DNA from: an uncultured Thermoleophilaceae bacterium
GTDB lineage: Bacteria > Actinomycetota > Thermoleophilia > Solirubrobacterales > Thermoleophilaceae
DNA: 64,000 nt
NCBI GenBank assembly: GCA_963734365.1
Contig: CAVTGV010000003.1
Coordinates: forward strand, 84,794 to 148,793
Reading direction: 5' to 3'
The notes beneath the pieces are model-generated. The model saw only the letters and a program-made list of their open reading frames with translations, was not told the origin of the DNA and ran no database searches. The position numbers were made by a program, and so were the translations under genes. Shown one piece after another: positions 25,043-35,182 of the stretch; the stretch's first letter is position 1; each line of letters begins with the position of its first letter.

Positions 25043-26275
25043 ATGGTTGAGCACGCAGCGACCTGTGCCGGCTGCGGATGCGCATGCGACGACATCGAGG
25101 TCGCGGTGGCCGCCGGAGCGATCGAGGGCGCGACCGGCACCTGCCCGCTGGGCGACACGTGGCTTGCCGAGCAGACGGCCCAGGAACTTCCGCCGGCCCG
25201 CGTCGACGGCCGCGAGGTGGCCTTCGCCGACGCGGTCGAGGCCGCGGCCGCGATTCTCGGCGAGGCTCGGCTGCCGCTGGTGTGCGGCCTCGGGGAGACC
25301 GACTGCGAGAGCCAGCGCGCGGCCGTGAGCCTGGCCGAGGCGGTCGGTGCGGTGATCGACCCATCGGGGGCCGCGGGCCCGGCTTCGCAGGCCATCGGGT
25401 TGAGCACCGCCACGTTCGGCGACATCCGCGACCGGGCCGATCTGGTCGTCGCCTGGCGTGCGGACCCGGTGGCCTCCAATCCCCGGCTGCTTCCCCGCCT
25501 GCGGCTCGACCGCGCGGGGCGGGCGGCCGAGCGCATGCTGGTGGTCATCGACTCGCAGCGCAGCGCGACCGCCGGGGAAGCGGACGAGTTCATCGAGCTC
25601 TCGCCTGAGCTCGACTTCGAGGCGCTCTGGGCGCTGCGAGCGCTTGTGCGCGACATCCCGCTCGACCGCGACCTGGCGGCCCGGCTGCCGCTCGATGCTC
25701 TCGGCGAGCTGGCGAGCCGCCTCCGCGCGACGCAATACGGGGCGATTCTCCACGCACCAACCGGGTACGCGAACGGGTTCGCGCTGCTCGCACTCGTGCG
25801 CGACCTGGCCCGCAGCGCGCACGTGGTCGCGCTGGCGTTGCGGCAAGAGGGCAACGCGCGCGGCGCCGAGGACGTGCTCGCGTGGCAGACCGGGTACCCA
25901 GCCGCGGTGAGCTTCGCGCGCGGTCATCCGCGGGCGCGGCCCGGCGAGTTCAGCGCCGCCGGCCTGCTCGAGCGCGGCGAGCCCGATGCGGCGCTCATCG
26001 TGGGCTTCGACGCGCTGCGCCATCTCCCGCCACGGGCGGTCGAACACCTACGCGGGATCCCCATGGTGGTGGTCGATCCGCGCGCCACCGAGACCGCCGC
26101 GGCGGCCCGCGTTGCGTTCGCCACGGCCGCCGCCGGCGTACAGCGTGAGGGCACCGCCCACCGCATGGACGGGGTGCCCGTGACGCTCCGCGCGCCGCTC
26201 GCCTCCGAGCGTGTGGGTGACGGCGACGTCCTCGCCGCGATCGGTGCACTCATCCCCGGGGACGAGAGGACCTAG
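25043..26275 (+). CDS. fhcB: Formyltransferase/hydrolase complex subunit B (formylmethanofuran dehydrogenase subunit B-like)
   Basis: N-terminal Cys cluster CAGCGCACDD and a molybdopterin-oxidoreductase-like fold. Positioned ahead of fhcA/D/C. Confidence 0.85.
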   Translation: MVEHAATCAGCGCACDDIEVAVAAGAIEGATGTCPLGDTWLAEQTAQELPPARVDGREVAFADAVEAAAAILGEARLPLVCGLGETDCESQRAAVSLAEAVGAVIDPSGAAGPASQAIGLSTATFGDIRDRADLVVAWRADPVASNPRLLPRLRLDRAGRAAERMLVVIDSQRSATAGEADEFIELSPELDFEALWALRALVRDIPLDRDLAARLPLDALGELASRLRATQYGAILHAPTGYANGFALLALVRDLARSAHVVALALRQEGNARGAEDVLAWQTGYPAAVSFARGHPRARPGEFSAAGLLERGEPDAALIVGFDALRHLPPRAVEHLRGIPMVVVDPRATETAAAARVAFATAAAGVQREGTAHRMDGVPVTLRAPLASERVGDGDVLAAIGALIPGDERT

Positions 26276-26281
26276 CGCCCG

Positions 26282-27925
26282 ATGCTGCGCATCGCACAGG
26301 GGCGCGTCTACGACCCGGCCAACGGGATCGACGGCGAGGTGCGCGACGTCTGTCTGGACGGCGGCAAGGTGGTCGAGGAGCTGCCGGCGCACGCCCCGCG
26401 CATCGACGCAAGCGGCATGGTCGTGATGCCGGGCGGGGTGGACATCCACTCCCACATCGCCGGTCCGGCGGTCAACGCGGCGCGCAAGCTCAGCCCCGAG
26501 GAGCACCGCGGGGACGTGCTCGACCGCACGGAGATCATGCGCTCGGGCACGGGCGGCACCGTGCCCTCGACCTTCACGACGGGTTACCGCTACGCACTGC
26601 TCGGCTACACGACCGTCGTCGACGCGGCCACGCCGCCGCTCGCCGCGCGCCACACGCTCGCCGAGCTGCGCGACACACCGATCGTCGACGCGGCCTTCCT
26701 CGTGCTGATGGGGAACAACCTGCCGCTGTTCAAGCTCATCCGCGACGGGGGCCCGGTGACCGAGGCCGTGGCCTGGCTGCTCGAGGCCACCGGCGGCTAC
26801 GGCGTCAAGCTGGTCAACCCGGGCGGCGTCGAGATGTGGAAGCACGGCAACGGCAACGTCACGGCGCTGGACGACGAGGTGGAGGGTCTGGGCGTCACGC
26901 CGCGCCGCGTGCTGGAGGCGATCGCGGGCTCGGTGGACGAGCTGGGTCTCCCGCACCCCGTCCACGTCCACTGCAACAACCTCGGGGTCGCGGGCAACTG
27001 GCGCACCACGCTCGACACCCTCGACGCCCTGCAGGGGCGGCGGGCGCATCTCGCGCACCTGCAGTTCCACGCCTACGGCGGGACCCCCGGCAAGCGGCCG
27101 CGCTCGCGCGCGCCGGAGCTGGCCGAGCACCTCGACGCGCACCCCGAGCACAGCGCCGACATCGGCCAGGTGATGTTCGGGCCGGCGACCACGATGACCG
27201 CCGACGCGCCCGTCTCCGCCGTCCTGCGCGAGGTCACCGGCGGCAAGTGGGTGAACGCCGATGTCGAGGCTGAGACCGGCTGCGGCATCGTGCCCTTCGA
27301 GTACCGCGAGCGCAACTACGTTCACGCACTGCAGTGGGGGATCGGCCTGGAGCTGTTCCTGCTCAGTCGCGACCCATGGCGGGTGGTGCTCTCAACCGAC
27401 CACCCCAACGGCGGCTCCTTCCTGAGCTACCCGCGTCTTATCCGCCTGCTGATGGATCGCGAGTTCCGAAACGAGCAGATCGGGCGCGTCAACCAGAAGG
27501 CGATCGGGCGCACGATGCTCCGCGACGACCTCGAGCGCGAGTACACGCTCGGGGAGATCGCGATCATCACCCGTGCCGGGCCCGCCAGGCTGCTCGGGCT
27601 GGCCGACAAGGGCCATCTCGGGGTTGGCGCCGACGCCGACGTGACCGTCTACCGCGAGCAGGAGGACGTCGAGCTGATGTTCGCCACGCCGCGCTACGTG
27701 ATCAAGGACGGAACCGTGATCGTCGAGGAGGGTGAGCTGCGCGACACGCCGGCCGGGAACCTCCTCCGCGTGGCGGCGGATCACGACGAGGCGATCGAGC
27801 GCACGCTGCAACCGCTGTTCGACGAGCACTACAGCGTTCAGCTCGCCAACTACCCCGTGCGTGAGCCCTGGCTGCTGGAGCCGGCCCGCCGGATCCCGGC
27901 CCGGCGCAACGGGAGCGGGCGATGA
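26282..27925 (+). CDS. fhcA: Formyltransferase/hydrolase complex subunit A (amidohydrolase, FwdA-like)
   Basis: 547 aa. Metal-binding motif PGGVDIHSHIAGP. FwdA-like throughout. Confidence 0.9.
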   Translation: MLRIAQGRVYDPANGIDGEVRDVCLDGGKVVEELPAHAPRIDASGMVVMPGGVDIHSHIAGPAVNAARKLSPEEHRGDVLDRTEIMRSGTGGTVPSTFTTGYRYALLGYTTVVDAATPPLAARHTLAELRDTPIVDAAFLVLMGNNLPLFKLIRDGGPVTEAVAWLLEATGGYGVKLVNPGGVEMWKHGNGNVTALDDEVEGLGVTPRRVLEAIAGSVDELGLPHPVHVHCNNLGVAGNWRTTLDTLDALQGRRAHLAHLQFHAYGGTPGKRPRSRAPELAEHLDAHPEHSADIGQVMFGPATTMTADAPVSAVLREVTGGKWVNADVEAETGCGIVPFEYRERNYVHALQWGIGLELFLLSRDPWRVVLSTDHPNGGSFLSYPRLIRLLMDREFRNEQIGRVNQKAIGRTMLRDDLEREYTLGEIAIITRAGPARLLGLADKGHLGVGADADVTVYREQEDVELMFATPRYVIKDGTVIVEEGELRDTPAGNLLRVAADHDEAIERTLQPLFDEHYSVQLANYPVREPWLLEPARRIPARRNGSGR

Positions 27926-28821
27926 GGCTCAACGACACCGAGGTCGTCGACACCTTCGCGGAGGCGTTCCCGATGTGGGGAGCGCGCATCGTCATCACCG
28001 CCGAGAGCCCCGCCTGGGTGCACGAGGCGGCTCGCTCGATGACCGGCTTCGCCACGTCGGTGATCGGCTGCAAGTGCGAGGCCGGCATCGAGCGCGAGCT
28101 CGATCCCGCCGAGACGCCCGACGGACGGCCCGGGGCCAGCGCGCTGCTGTTCGCAAACGATCGCGAGGGTCTGGCCAAACGACTCGTGGAGCGGATAGGC
28201 CAGAGCGTGCTCACCTGTCCCACCACGGCCTGCTTCAACGGCCTCGACGGCGAGGAGAAGGTCGACGTCGGGGGACAGCTGCGCTTCTTCGGCGACGGCT
28301 ACCAGGCGAGCAAGATGCTCGACGGGCGCCGCTACTGGCGGGTGCCTGTGATGGAGGGCGAGTTCCTTGTCGAGGAGCGCTTCGCCGTGGCCGAGGGGGT
28401 GGCCGGCGGCAACATCATCATCCTCGGCCGGGACGTGGCCGAGGCACTGCACGCGGCCGAGGAGGCGGTGGCGGCGATGCGCGGGGTCCGCGACGTGATC
28501 CTGCCCTTCCCGGGCGGCATCGCTCGCAGCGGCAGCAAGGTCGGCTCCCGCTACAGCAGCCTGATCGCGTCGACCAACGAGGTGCTGTGCCCCACGCTGC
28601 GGGTCCAGGTCGAGGACACCCACGTGCCGCCGGACATCGGCTCGGTGTTCGAGATCATCATCGACGGCCTGAGCTTCGACGCCGTGCGCGAAGCCATGGC
28701 GCGCGGCCTCGAGGCCGCTGCCGGGGCAGGTGCCCGCCAGGTCACGGCCGGCAACTACGGCGGCGACCTGGGCCCACACCACATCGACCTGCGCGGCCTG
28801 GTGCCCGGTATGAGCGACTGA
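27922..28821 (+). CDS. fhcD: Formylmethanofuran--tetrahydromethanopterin formyltransferase
   Basis: 299 aa. DTFAEAFPMWGARIVITA...GFATSVIGCKCEAGIE is typical of Ftr. Its start overlaps the fhcA stop (ATGA). Confidence 0.9.
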   Translation: MRLNDTEVVDTFAEAFPMWGARIVITAESPAWVHEAARSMTGFATSVIGCKCEAGIERELDPAETPDGRPGASALLFANDREGLAKRLVERIGQSVLTCPTTACFNGLDGEEKVDVGGQLRFFGDGYQASKMLDGRRYWRVPVMEGEFLVEERFAVAEGVAGGNIIILGRDVAEALHAAEEAVAAMRGVRDVILPFPGGIARSGSKVGSRYSSLIASTNEVLCPTLRVQVEDTHVPPDIGSVFEIIIDGLSFDAVREAMARGLEAAAGAGARQVTAGNYGGDLGPHHIDLRGLVPGMSD

Positions 28822-29639
28822 TGACGCTGACGCTCACGCTCCGCGAGCAGCCGACGGTGCCGCTCGAGACTGAAGGCCTCACCCCCGACGGCCTGGCGGG
28901 GATGGGCCGCGCCGAGATCGAGGACATGGCGGTCTGGCACGGCAACCGGCGGGCCCGGCTCGGCGACTTCTTCAGCGTCTCGGGCGACGGCGAGGAGGAG
29001 CTGCGGGTGGAGGGCGACCTGCGGCGCGTCAAGTTCGTGGGGGCCGGCATGACCTCCGGCCGGCTCACTGTCGTGGGCGACGCGGGCATGCACACAGGAG
29101 CGGAGATGCGCGGCGGCGAGCTGGTGGTGGAAGGTGACGTGGGCGACTTCGCCGGCACGGCCATGCGAGGCGGCCGGCTCGTGGTGCGGGGCTCCGCCGG
29201 CCACCAGCTCGGCGGCGCGTACCCGGGCGAGCGAGCGGGGATGCGCGGCGGCGAGATCCTGGTCGGTGGCGACGCCGGCGACCAGCTCGGCGCGGGCCTC
29301 CGGCGCGGGCTGATCGCCGTCGCGGGGCGGGTGGGAGACGCCGCGGGGCTGCGCATGCTGGCGGGGACGATCGTCTGCCTCGGCGCGCTCGGGGCCGCGC
29401 CGGGAGCGGACATGCGGCGAGGCACGATCGTGGCGATGACGGAGGTGACGCTGCTGCCGACGTTCGCGCTCGCGTGCTCGTACCGCCCGGCATTCCTGCG
29501 CCTGTACCTGCGCCACCTGCGCGGGTTGGGCCTGCCGCTGGCCGACGAGCAGATCGAGGGTCGCTACGCGCGCTGGAGCGGCGACGGCCTGGAGCTGCGC
29601 CGCGGCGAGATCCTGGTGCTCGAGGCCGCGGGCGGCTGA
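28821..29639 (+). CDS. fhcC: Formyltransferase/hydrolase complex subunit C (FwdC-like)
   Basis: Repeated G-x-x-G-G-x-(L/I)-x-V-x-G-(D/S)-x-G units (MRGGELVVEGDVG, MRGGRLVVRGSAG, MRGGEILVGGDAG). ATG 28821 overlaps the fhcD TGA by 1 nt. Confidence 0.85.
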   Translation: MTLTLTLREQPTVPLETEGLTPDGLAGMGRAEIEDMAVWHGNRRARLGDFFSVSGDGEEELRVEGDLRRVKFVGAGMTSGRLTVVGDAGMHTGAEMRGGELVVEGDVGDFAGTAMRGGRLVVRGSAGHQLGGAYPGERAGMRGGEILVGGDAGDQLGAGLRRGLIAVAGRVGDAAGLRMLAGTIVCLGALGAAPGADMRRGTIVAMTEVTLLPTFALACSYRPAFLRLYLRHLRGLGLPLADEQIEGRYARWSGDGLELRRGEILVLEAAGG

Positions 29640-31699
29640 GCGCCGACGGTCTCGAGCACGGAGCGCGCCTTCAGCAGCATCTCCTCGACCTCAGCCTCGG
29701 GGTTGGATCCCGCCACGATCGCCCCGCCGGCGCCGACACTGAGTCCATCCGGGCACGCCACCAGCGTGCGTATGACGACGCTGAGGTCGGCGGTGCCGTT
29801 GACGGCGAAGAACCCCAGGGCGCCGGAGTAGACGCCGCGCGGACGGCCCTCGAGGCGGTCGATGATCTCGAGCGTGCGGAGCTTCGGCGCACCCGTCATC
29901 GATCCGGGCGGGAACGCGGCGCGCACGCAGTCGATCGCGTCGCAGCCCTCGCGCAGCCGGCCGCGCACCACGGTCACCAGCTGGTGGACGGTGGCGTACG
30001 GCTCCACGGACATCAGCGCCGGCACCTCGACGGTGCCCAGCGCGGAGACCCGGCCGAGGTCGTTGCGCACCAGGTCCGCGATCATCAGGTTCTCGGCGCG
30101 GGTCTTCCTGTCGCGGCGCAGCTCCGCTGCCCGGCAGGCGTCCTCGTACGGCTCGGCCACCCGCGCCGTGGTCCCCTTCATCGGGCGCGACTCGAGCACG
30201 CCGTCCCTGTCCACGCGGAGGAAGCGCTCGGGCGAGGAGCTCAGCACCGACTGCTCGCCGAGCCGCAGCAGCGCAGCGAAGGGCGCGGGGTTCCGCGCCC
30301 TCAGCGCGCGGTAGGCCGGCAGAGGTTCGATGCTTCCGTCGCTGCGGAGCTCCGTGGTCAAGCAGACCTCGTAGGTCTCGCCCTCGATGATCTCGCGCCG
30401 GCATGCGGCGATGTTGTCCAGATACGCCTCCGGGGAGTCATGCAGCTCGAAGCGCAGCGTGCCGGGCGCAGCAGCCGGCGCCGGCAGCGGTGGCGGCTCG
30501 CAGGCGATCTCGCCCAACCGCCCGGCGGTCGAGTCAAGCCAGCTGCAGGCCGCGTCCGTGCCGGAGGGGTCCGCGAGTGCGAGCAGGTAGACCTGGCGCT
30601 CGGCGTGGTCGAAGGCGATCAGCCGGTCGCAGAGGATGAGCGCCGCGTCCGGCAGCGGCGAGGCTGTGCGCCGCTGAGCGCCGCACTCGGCCTTGAGCTC
30701 GAAACCGAGGTAGCCGGCGAAGCCGCACGTGAAATCGAACGGCAGCTCGGGAGCATCGGTCCGCAGGCAGGCGAGCCGATCGCGGCAGTAGTCGAGCACG
30801 CTCTCGGTCCGGAGCTCCCGCCCGGAGTGACGCTCGACGGCGAGCCTCCGCGTTTCGACGTCGTAGCGCACCACCTCGCCGAGCGGCCCGTCGGGGGCTC
30901 CGACGAACGAGAACCGCCCCAGGCCCGGTCCCTCGGTCGCGCTGTCGAGCCAGACCGCGTGCTGATGGTCGCCGTAGAGCGTGGCGAACACCGCCTCGGG
31001 CTCACACCAGGTCTCAAGCCGGCGATGGTGGACGCGCGCGCCCATCTGCCCAGCGCGCGCGGCGGGCCCCGCCACGCGCTTTCGCCGGCCGGCACCGCGG
31101 GCGGCCGGCGCACGTCGCGCACGGGTCAGGTCGCGGAAGTTCTCGATCAGGCGACGGCCGTGCCGGGTGCTCACCGACTCGGGATGGAACTGCACGCCGA
31201 ACAGCGGCCGCGCGCGGTGCTCCAGCCCCATGACCACCCCGTCGGGCGTCCAGGCCGTGACCCGCAGCCCGGCGGGCACCGCACCCACCACCAGCGAGTG
31301 GTAGCGCACCGCGAGGAAGTCCTGCGGGATCCCGGCGAACAGCGCGCTCTCGTCGTGCTGAATCGGGCTCAGGCGCCCGTGCATCACCTCGGGCGCGTGC
31401 ACCACCGTACCGCCCGTGACATGTGCGAGAGCCTGGTGGCCCAGGCAGACGCCGAGCACCGGCACCTCGGCGCGGCGCAGGACGTCCAGGGAGACACCGG
31501 CGTCGCGGGCGTGCTCGGGCCGGCCGGGACCCGGCGAGATCACCACGTTGTCGGCACCCAGGGCGGCGAGCTCCTCCCACGGCAGCTCGTCGTTGCGCAC
31601 GACCATGGGCTCGCTGTCGTTGACCTCGCCCAGCAGGTGGAAGAGGTTGAACGTGTACGAGTCGTAGTTGTCGATCAGCAGCGTGCGCACCCGGCCCAT
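29564..31699 (-). CDS. pabB: Fused aminodeoxychorismate synthase (PabA glutamine amidotransferase + PabB)
   Basis: N-terminal GATase (LLIDNYDSYTFNL, GVCLGHQAL) and C-terminal chorismate-binding domain (PGSMTGAPK). ATG 31699 (MGRVRTLL). Confidence 0.85.
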   Translation of the reverse strand: MGRVRTLLIDNYDSYTFNLFHLLGEVNDSEPMVVRNDELPWEELAALGADNVVISPGPGRPEHARDAGVSLDVLRRAEVPVLGVCLGHQALAHVTGGTVVHAPEVMHGRLSPIQHDESALFAGIPQDFLAVRYHSLVVGAVPAGLRVTAWTPDGVVMGLEHRARPLFGVQFHPESVSTRHGRRLIENFRDLTRARRAPAARGAGRRKRVAGPAARAGQMGARVHHRRLETWCEPEAVFATLYGDHQHAVWLDSATEGPGLGRFSFVGAPDGPLGEVVRYDVETRRLAVERHSGRELRTESVLDYCRDRLACLRTDAPELPFDFTCGFAGYLGFELKAECGAQRRTASPLPDAALILCDRLIAFDHAERQVYLLALADPSGTDAACSWLDSTAGRLGEIACEPPPLPAPAAAPGTLRFELHDSPEAYLDNIAACRREIIEGETYEVCLTTELRSDGSIEPLPAYRALRARNPAPFAALLRLGEQSVLSSSPERFLRVDRDGVLESRPMKGTTARVAEPYEDACRAAELRRDRKTRAENLMIADLVRNDLGRVSALGTVEVPALMSVEPYATVHQLVTVVRGRLREGCDAIDCVRAAFPPGSMTGAPKLRTLEIIDRLEGRPRGVYSGALGFFAVNGTADLSVVIRTLVACPDGLSVGAGGAIVAGSNPEAEVEEMLLKARSVLETVGAQPPAASSTRISPRRSSRPSPLQRA

Positions 31700-31723
31700 A
31701 TTCTCGCGGCTTGTGAGGCGCGT

Positions 31724-32611
31724 GTGAGCAGACGCCGGTTGCGCGTCGCGATCCTGGGCTCCACCGGCGGCTGGCACGCTCGCCGGCTGGAGCGGGCGCT
31801 TGCGGTGCGCGGCCACGAGTGCAGCTTCGCGCCGGTCACACGGATGGTGGGCCGCGTGGGGGGCGATGCCGGCGTGCGCTCGCGCGACGTCGCGCTCGAC
31901 GACTGCAACGTCGTGCTCGTGCGCGGCATCCCGCGCGGCTCACTCGAGCAGGTCGTGTTCCGCGTGGACGTGCTGCATGCGCTGGCGGCCGCCGGCGTGC
32001 GGGTGGTCAACAGCGCGCACGCGATCGAGCGGACCGTGGACAAGTTCCTCGCCTCGACCCTGCTCGCGCGCGCCGGCCTGACCACACCCCGCACGATCGC
32101 GTGCGAGCGGCCCGCGGACGCCCTGGAGGCGTTTGCCGAGCTCGGAGGCGACGTGATCGTCAAGCCGCTGTTCGGCTCCATGGGCTTCGGCATGGTGCGC
32201 GTGGACGATCCCGACGTCGCGGAGCGGGTGTTCCGTGCGCTGGAGCTCGAGCGGGGCGTGTACTACCTGCAGGAGACGCTGCCGCACGCGGGCCGCGACG
32301 TGCGAGGGCTGGTGGTCGGCGAGCAGTTGGTGGCCGCGATCGAGCGGACCGGTGACGGCTGGCGCACGAACCTCGCGCGGGGTGGACGCGCGCAGGCCGT
32401 ACGGCTCGACTCCGAACAGGAGCGCCTGTGCGTGGCGGCCGCGGCCGCCCTGGGCGCCGACTACGCCGGCGTGGATCTGCTTCGGGGCGCCGACGGGCGC
32501 GACTACGTGCTGGAGGTCAACGGGATCCCCGGCTGGCAGGGGGTCGAGCGCTCGACGGGTGTCGACGTGGCGGCTGCGCTGGCAGAGCATCTTGAGACCG
32601 TCCCGGGCTGA
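31724..32611 (+). CDS. mptN: RimK-type ATP-grasp ligase (tetrahydromethanopterin:glutamate ligase MptN-like)
   Basis: This is the 3' part of the 1045-aa tracked ORF. LRVAILGSTGGWHARRL...VIVKPLFGSMGFGM...VLEVNGIPGW. GTG 31724 (or TTG 31739). Confidence 0.7.
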   Translation: MSRRRLRVAILGSTGGWHARRLERALAVRGHECSFAPVTRMVGRVGGDAGVRSRDVALDDCNVVLVRGIPRGSLEQVVFRVDVLHALAAAGVRVVNSAHAIERTVDKFLASTLLARAGLTTPRTIACERPADALEAFAELGGDVIVKPLFGSMGFGMVRVDDPDVAERVFRALELERGVYYLQETLPHAGRDVRGLVVGEQLVAAIERTGDGWRTNLARGGRAQAVRLDSEQERLCVAAAAALGADYAGVDLLRGADGRDYVLEVNGIPGWQGVERSTGVDVAAALAEHLETVPG

Positions 32612-33329
32612 GCGCGCGCAGCTCCTCGGATCCGATCGCGCCACCGTGCAGGGCTGTGGCCACGAGCGCGCCCGCCGCCCCGGCCTCGGCGAGAGCGCGC
32701 AGGTCCGCGAGGTCGCGCACGCCGCCGCCGGCCAGCAGGTCGAGTTCGGGAAAGCGCGAGCAGAGCTCGCGGACGAGCGCGACATCGGGGCCGGCGCCCG
32801 ATCCGACGCGCGCGAGGTCGAGCACGATCACCTCATCCACGCCCGACTCGATGAAGCGCGCCAGCGCCCCTGCCGCCCCGAGCCGGGCGAGGCCGGGATC
32901 GCGAGAGACGACGTGCTCTCCCCGGAGATCGATGCTGAGCACGAGCGGGGCGTCGGGTAGCTCCGCCCGCAGCCGCCCGAGCGCGGCCGGGTCGCCCAAC
33001 GTCTCGGTGCCGATCACGACGCGCGCTGCCCCCAGCTCGAGCAGCCGCCGGACGGCGGCGGCGCCGGTCACACCGGCGTCGACCATCACGCGCGCCTCGA
33101 GCGCCAGGGCGGCGAGGGCATCGCGATGCAGCGGGCCGCCCGCGATCGCGTCGAGATCGGCGACGTACAGCTCGTCCAGGCCGAGTTGCTCCCGGAAGGC
33201 GCGAGCGACGTCGAGGGGTTCTGAGCCGGCGACGAGCCCACTCTGGAGCGGGCGGTAGCGTTCGCGCTGCCCCCGTGCGGCGTGCACGACGGCTCCGCTC
33301 TTGAGATCGATGACCGGGATCACTCGCAT
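32517..33329 (-). CDS. HisA/HisF-family (beta/alpha)8 barrel protein of the H4MPT biosynthesis cluster
   Basis: MRVIPVIDLKSGAVVHA...LYVADLDAI...GGGVR. ATG 33329. The 3' tail overlaps mptN convergently. Confidence 0.7.
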   Translation of the reverse strand: MRVIPVIDLKSGAVVHAARGQRERYRPLQSGLVAGSEPLDVARAFREQLGLDELYVADLDAIAGGPLHRDALAALALEARVMVDAGVTGAAAVRRLLELGAARVVIGTETLGDPAALGRLRAELPDAPLVLSIDLRGEHVVSRDPGLARLGAAGALARFIESGVDEVIVLDLARVGSGAGPDVALVRELCSRFPELDLLAGGGVRDLADLRALAEAGAAGALVATALHGGAIGSEELRALSPGRSQDALPAQPPRRHPSSARPPASRGSR

Positions 33330-33509
33330 TTGTGGTCGCCTCCGCAAATACGCTCGCGTTCGGCGGCTGCGAACCTTCGCCTGGCCGCACCCGCGATGCT
33401 CGCCAATGCGTTGCATTGGCTGCGCTCGCGTGCACGCCCATGCTCGGTTCTCGCTCGCCGAGCCACGACCGTATTTCCATCGGAGACCACTTGCCAGGGA
33501 GGGTCGCGC

Positions 33510-34514
33510 ATGGGCGGCGTGATCGGGCTCGACGTGGGCGGCGCCAACACGAAGGCGGTGTGGCTGGGTGGGCACGAGCGCCGCGCGCTGTCGCGACCGT
33601 TCGAGGTCTGGGGCGACCGGGACGCGCTCGCGGCCGTGATCCGCGAGGTCGTCGCCGGCGTTGCGGCCGAGCCCCCGGAGGTGACGGCCCTCACCACGAC
33701 CGCCGAGCTGTCGGACGCGTTTCGCACCAAGCGCGAGGGCGTGGAGTTCGTGCTCGACGCGGCGGAGACGGCGCTGGACGGCTCCGAGCTGCTCGCCTTC
33801 ACGACCTCGGGGGAACTGGTCCCGTTCGCCGAGGCACGTGCGCGCGCAGCGGAGGTGGCGGCCGCCAACTGGCTGGCGAGCGCGCACGCGGTGGCCGCGC
33901 TGCACCCGGAGGCCCTGATGGTCGACGTCGGCAGCACGACCGTCGACGTGATCCCGATCGCCGCCGGGCGGGTGGTCGCCGCCGGCCGCACCGACCTCGA
34001 CCGGCTGCTGGCCGGCGAGCTCGTCTACACCGGCGCGCTGCGCACCAACCTCGCGGCGATCGCCGCGCGAGTGCCGGTGCGCGGCGGCTCGTGTCCGATT
34101 GCGTCGGAGCTGTTTGCGATCAGCGCCGACGTCCACCTGATCCTCGGCCACCTCGCGCCGGCCGAGTACACCTGCGCCACGCCGGACGGGCGGCCCGCGA
34201 GCGTCGAGTTCGCACGCGAGCGCGTCGCGCGGCTGGTGTGTGCCGACGTGGATCAGCTCGCGACGGCGGAGGTCGATGCGATCGCCGCGTTCCTGCACGC
34301 GGAGCAGGTCCGCCAGATCGAGGCCGCGGTCCAGCGGGTGAGCGAGCGGCTGGAGGGCGACCCCGCCGTGGTCCCGCTCGGCACGGGCGCCTTCCTGGCG
34401 CGGGAGGCCGCCGAGCGCCTGGGCCGGCCGGTCGTCGAGCTCCCCTGGAGCGCGGCCGAGCGCGACGCGGCGCCTGCCGCCGCCCTTGCCGAGCTCGTGG
34501 CCGCGCGGTGCTGA
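33510..34514 (+). CDS. Hydantoinase-A/ASKHA-like 'H4MPT-linked C1 transfer pathway' protein (possibly MfnF-like)
   Basis: MGGVIGLDVGGANTKAV N-terminus. RBS CAGGGAGGG. The MfnF assignment is from memory and tentative. Confidence 0.6.
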   Translation: MGGVIGLDVGGANTKAVWLGGHERRALSRPFEVWGDRDALAAVIREVVAGVAAEPPEVTALTTTAELSDAFRTKREGVEFVLDAAETALDGSELLAFTTSGELVPFAEARARAAEVAAANWLASAHAVAALHPEALMVDVGSTTVDVIPIAAGRVVAAGRTDLDRLLAGELVYTGALRTNLAAIAARVPVRGGSCPIASELFAISADVHLILGHLAPAEYTCATPDGRPASVEFARERVARLVCADVDQLATAEVDAIAAFLHAEQVRQIEAAVQRVSERLEGDPAVVPLGTGAFLAREAAERLGRPVVELPWSAAERDAAPAAALAELVAARC

Positions 34515-35182
34515 CCGTCGTCAAGGTCGGCGGCGGGCTGGCGCGCGCGGCGGGTGACGACGCGCTCCGGAGGCTGTGCCGCGCGCTCGGCGAGGCCGGC
34601 GCCCGCCATCCGCTCCTCGTCGTGCCGGGCGGCGCCGCCTTCGCGGACGCCGTGCGCGAGCACGACGGCCGCTTCGGCCTGCAGCCCGCGACGTCGCACC
34701 GGATGGCGATCCTCGCGATGGACCAGTTCGGCTGGCTCCTGTCCGATCTGATCCCGGGCGGCGTTCCGTGCACCGACGTGGCGGCCGACCCTCGAGGACG
34801 CATCCCCGTCCTGCTGCCCGCCGGGCTGCTCGCCTCGGACCCGCTCCCCGCCTCGTGGGAGGTGACCTCCGACTCGATCGCCGCCTGGGTGGCCGGCGCC
34901 GCGAACGCTGGACGCCTGGTCCTCGTCAAGCCGGTCGAGGGGCTCTACCGCGACTGGCCGGCGGACGGCCGGCCGATCGCCCGGCTGAGCGTGGACGAGC
35001 TCGCCGAGCTGCGTGCGGCGGGGCACGCCGCGGGCGTCGACCCGCACCTACCTGAGGCGCTGCGGACGGCCGGCGTCGAAGCCTGGGTGATCGACGGCCG
35101 CGAGCCCGCCCGGCTCGTGACGCTGCTGGATCGCGGCAGCACCGAGGGGACGCTTGTGACGGCGTCGGGCGGGACGCCCTAG
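34508..35182 (+). CDS. Amino-acid-kinase-fold protein (possibly MfnE-like kinase of methanofuran biosynthesis)
   Basis: VLTVVKVGGGLARA...LLVVPGGAAFAD is typical of the Asp/Glu/UMP kinase fold. GTG 34508 overlaps the upstream stop (GTGCTGA). Confidence 0.6.
   Translation: MLTVVKVGGGLARAAGDDALRRLCRALGEAGARHPLLVVPGGAAFADAVREHDGRFGLQPATSHRMAILAMDQFGWLLSDLIPGGVPCTDVAADPRGRIPVLLPAGLLASDPLPASWEVTSDSIAAWVAGAANAGRLVLVKPVEGLYRDWPADGRPIARLSVDELAELRAAGHAAGVDPHLPEALRTAGVEAWVIDGREPARLVTLLDRGSTEGTLVTASGGTP

Noticed and set aside
24055-26047. Minus-strand ORFs 24055..25854 and 24911..26047
   Set aside because: They are antisense to fhcB and out of frame with fae and mtdB, with low-complexity composition.
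29474-31723. N-terminal part of the 1045-aa plus-strand ORF 29474..32611
   Set aside because: It is antisense to the pabAB gene. Only the last ~295 codons (from 31724) look like a RimK-type ATP-grasp.
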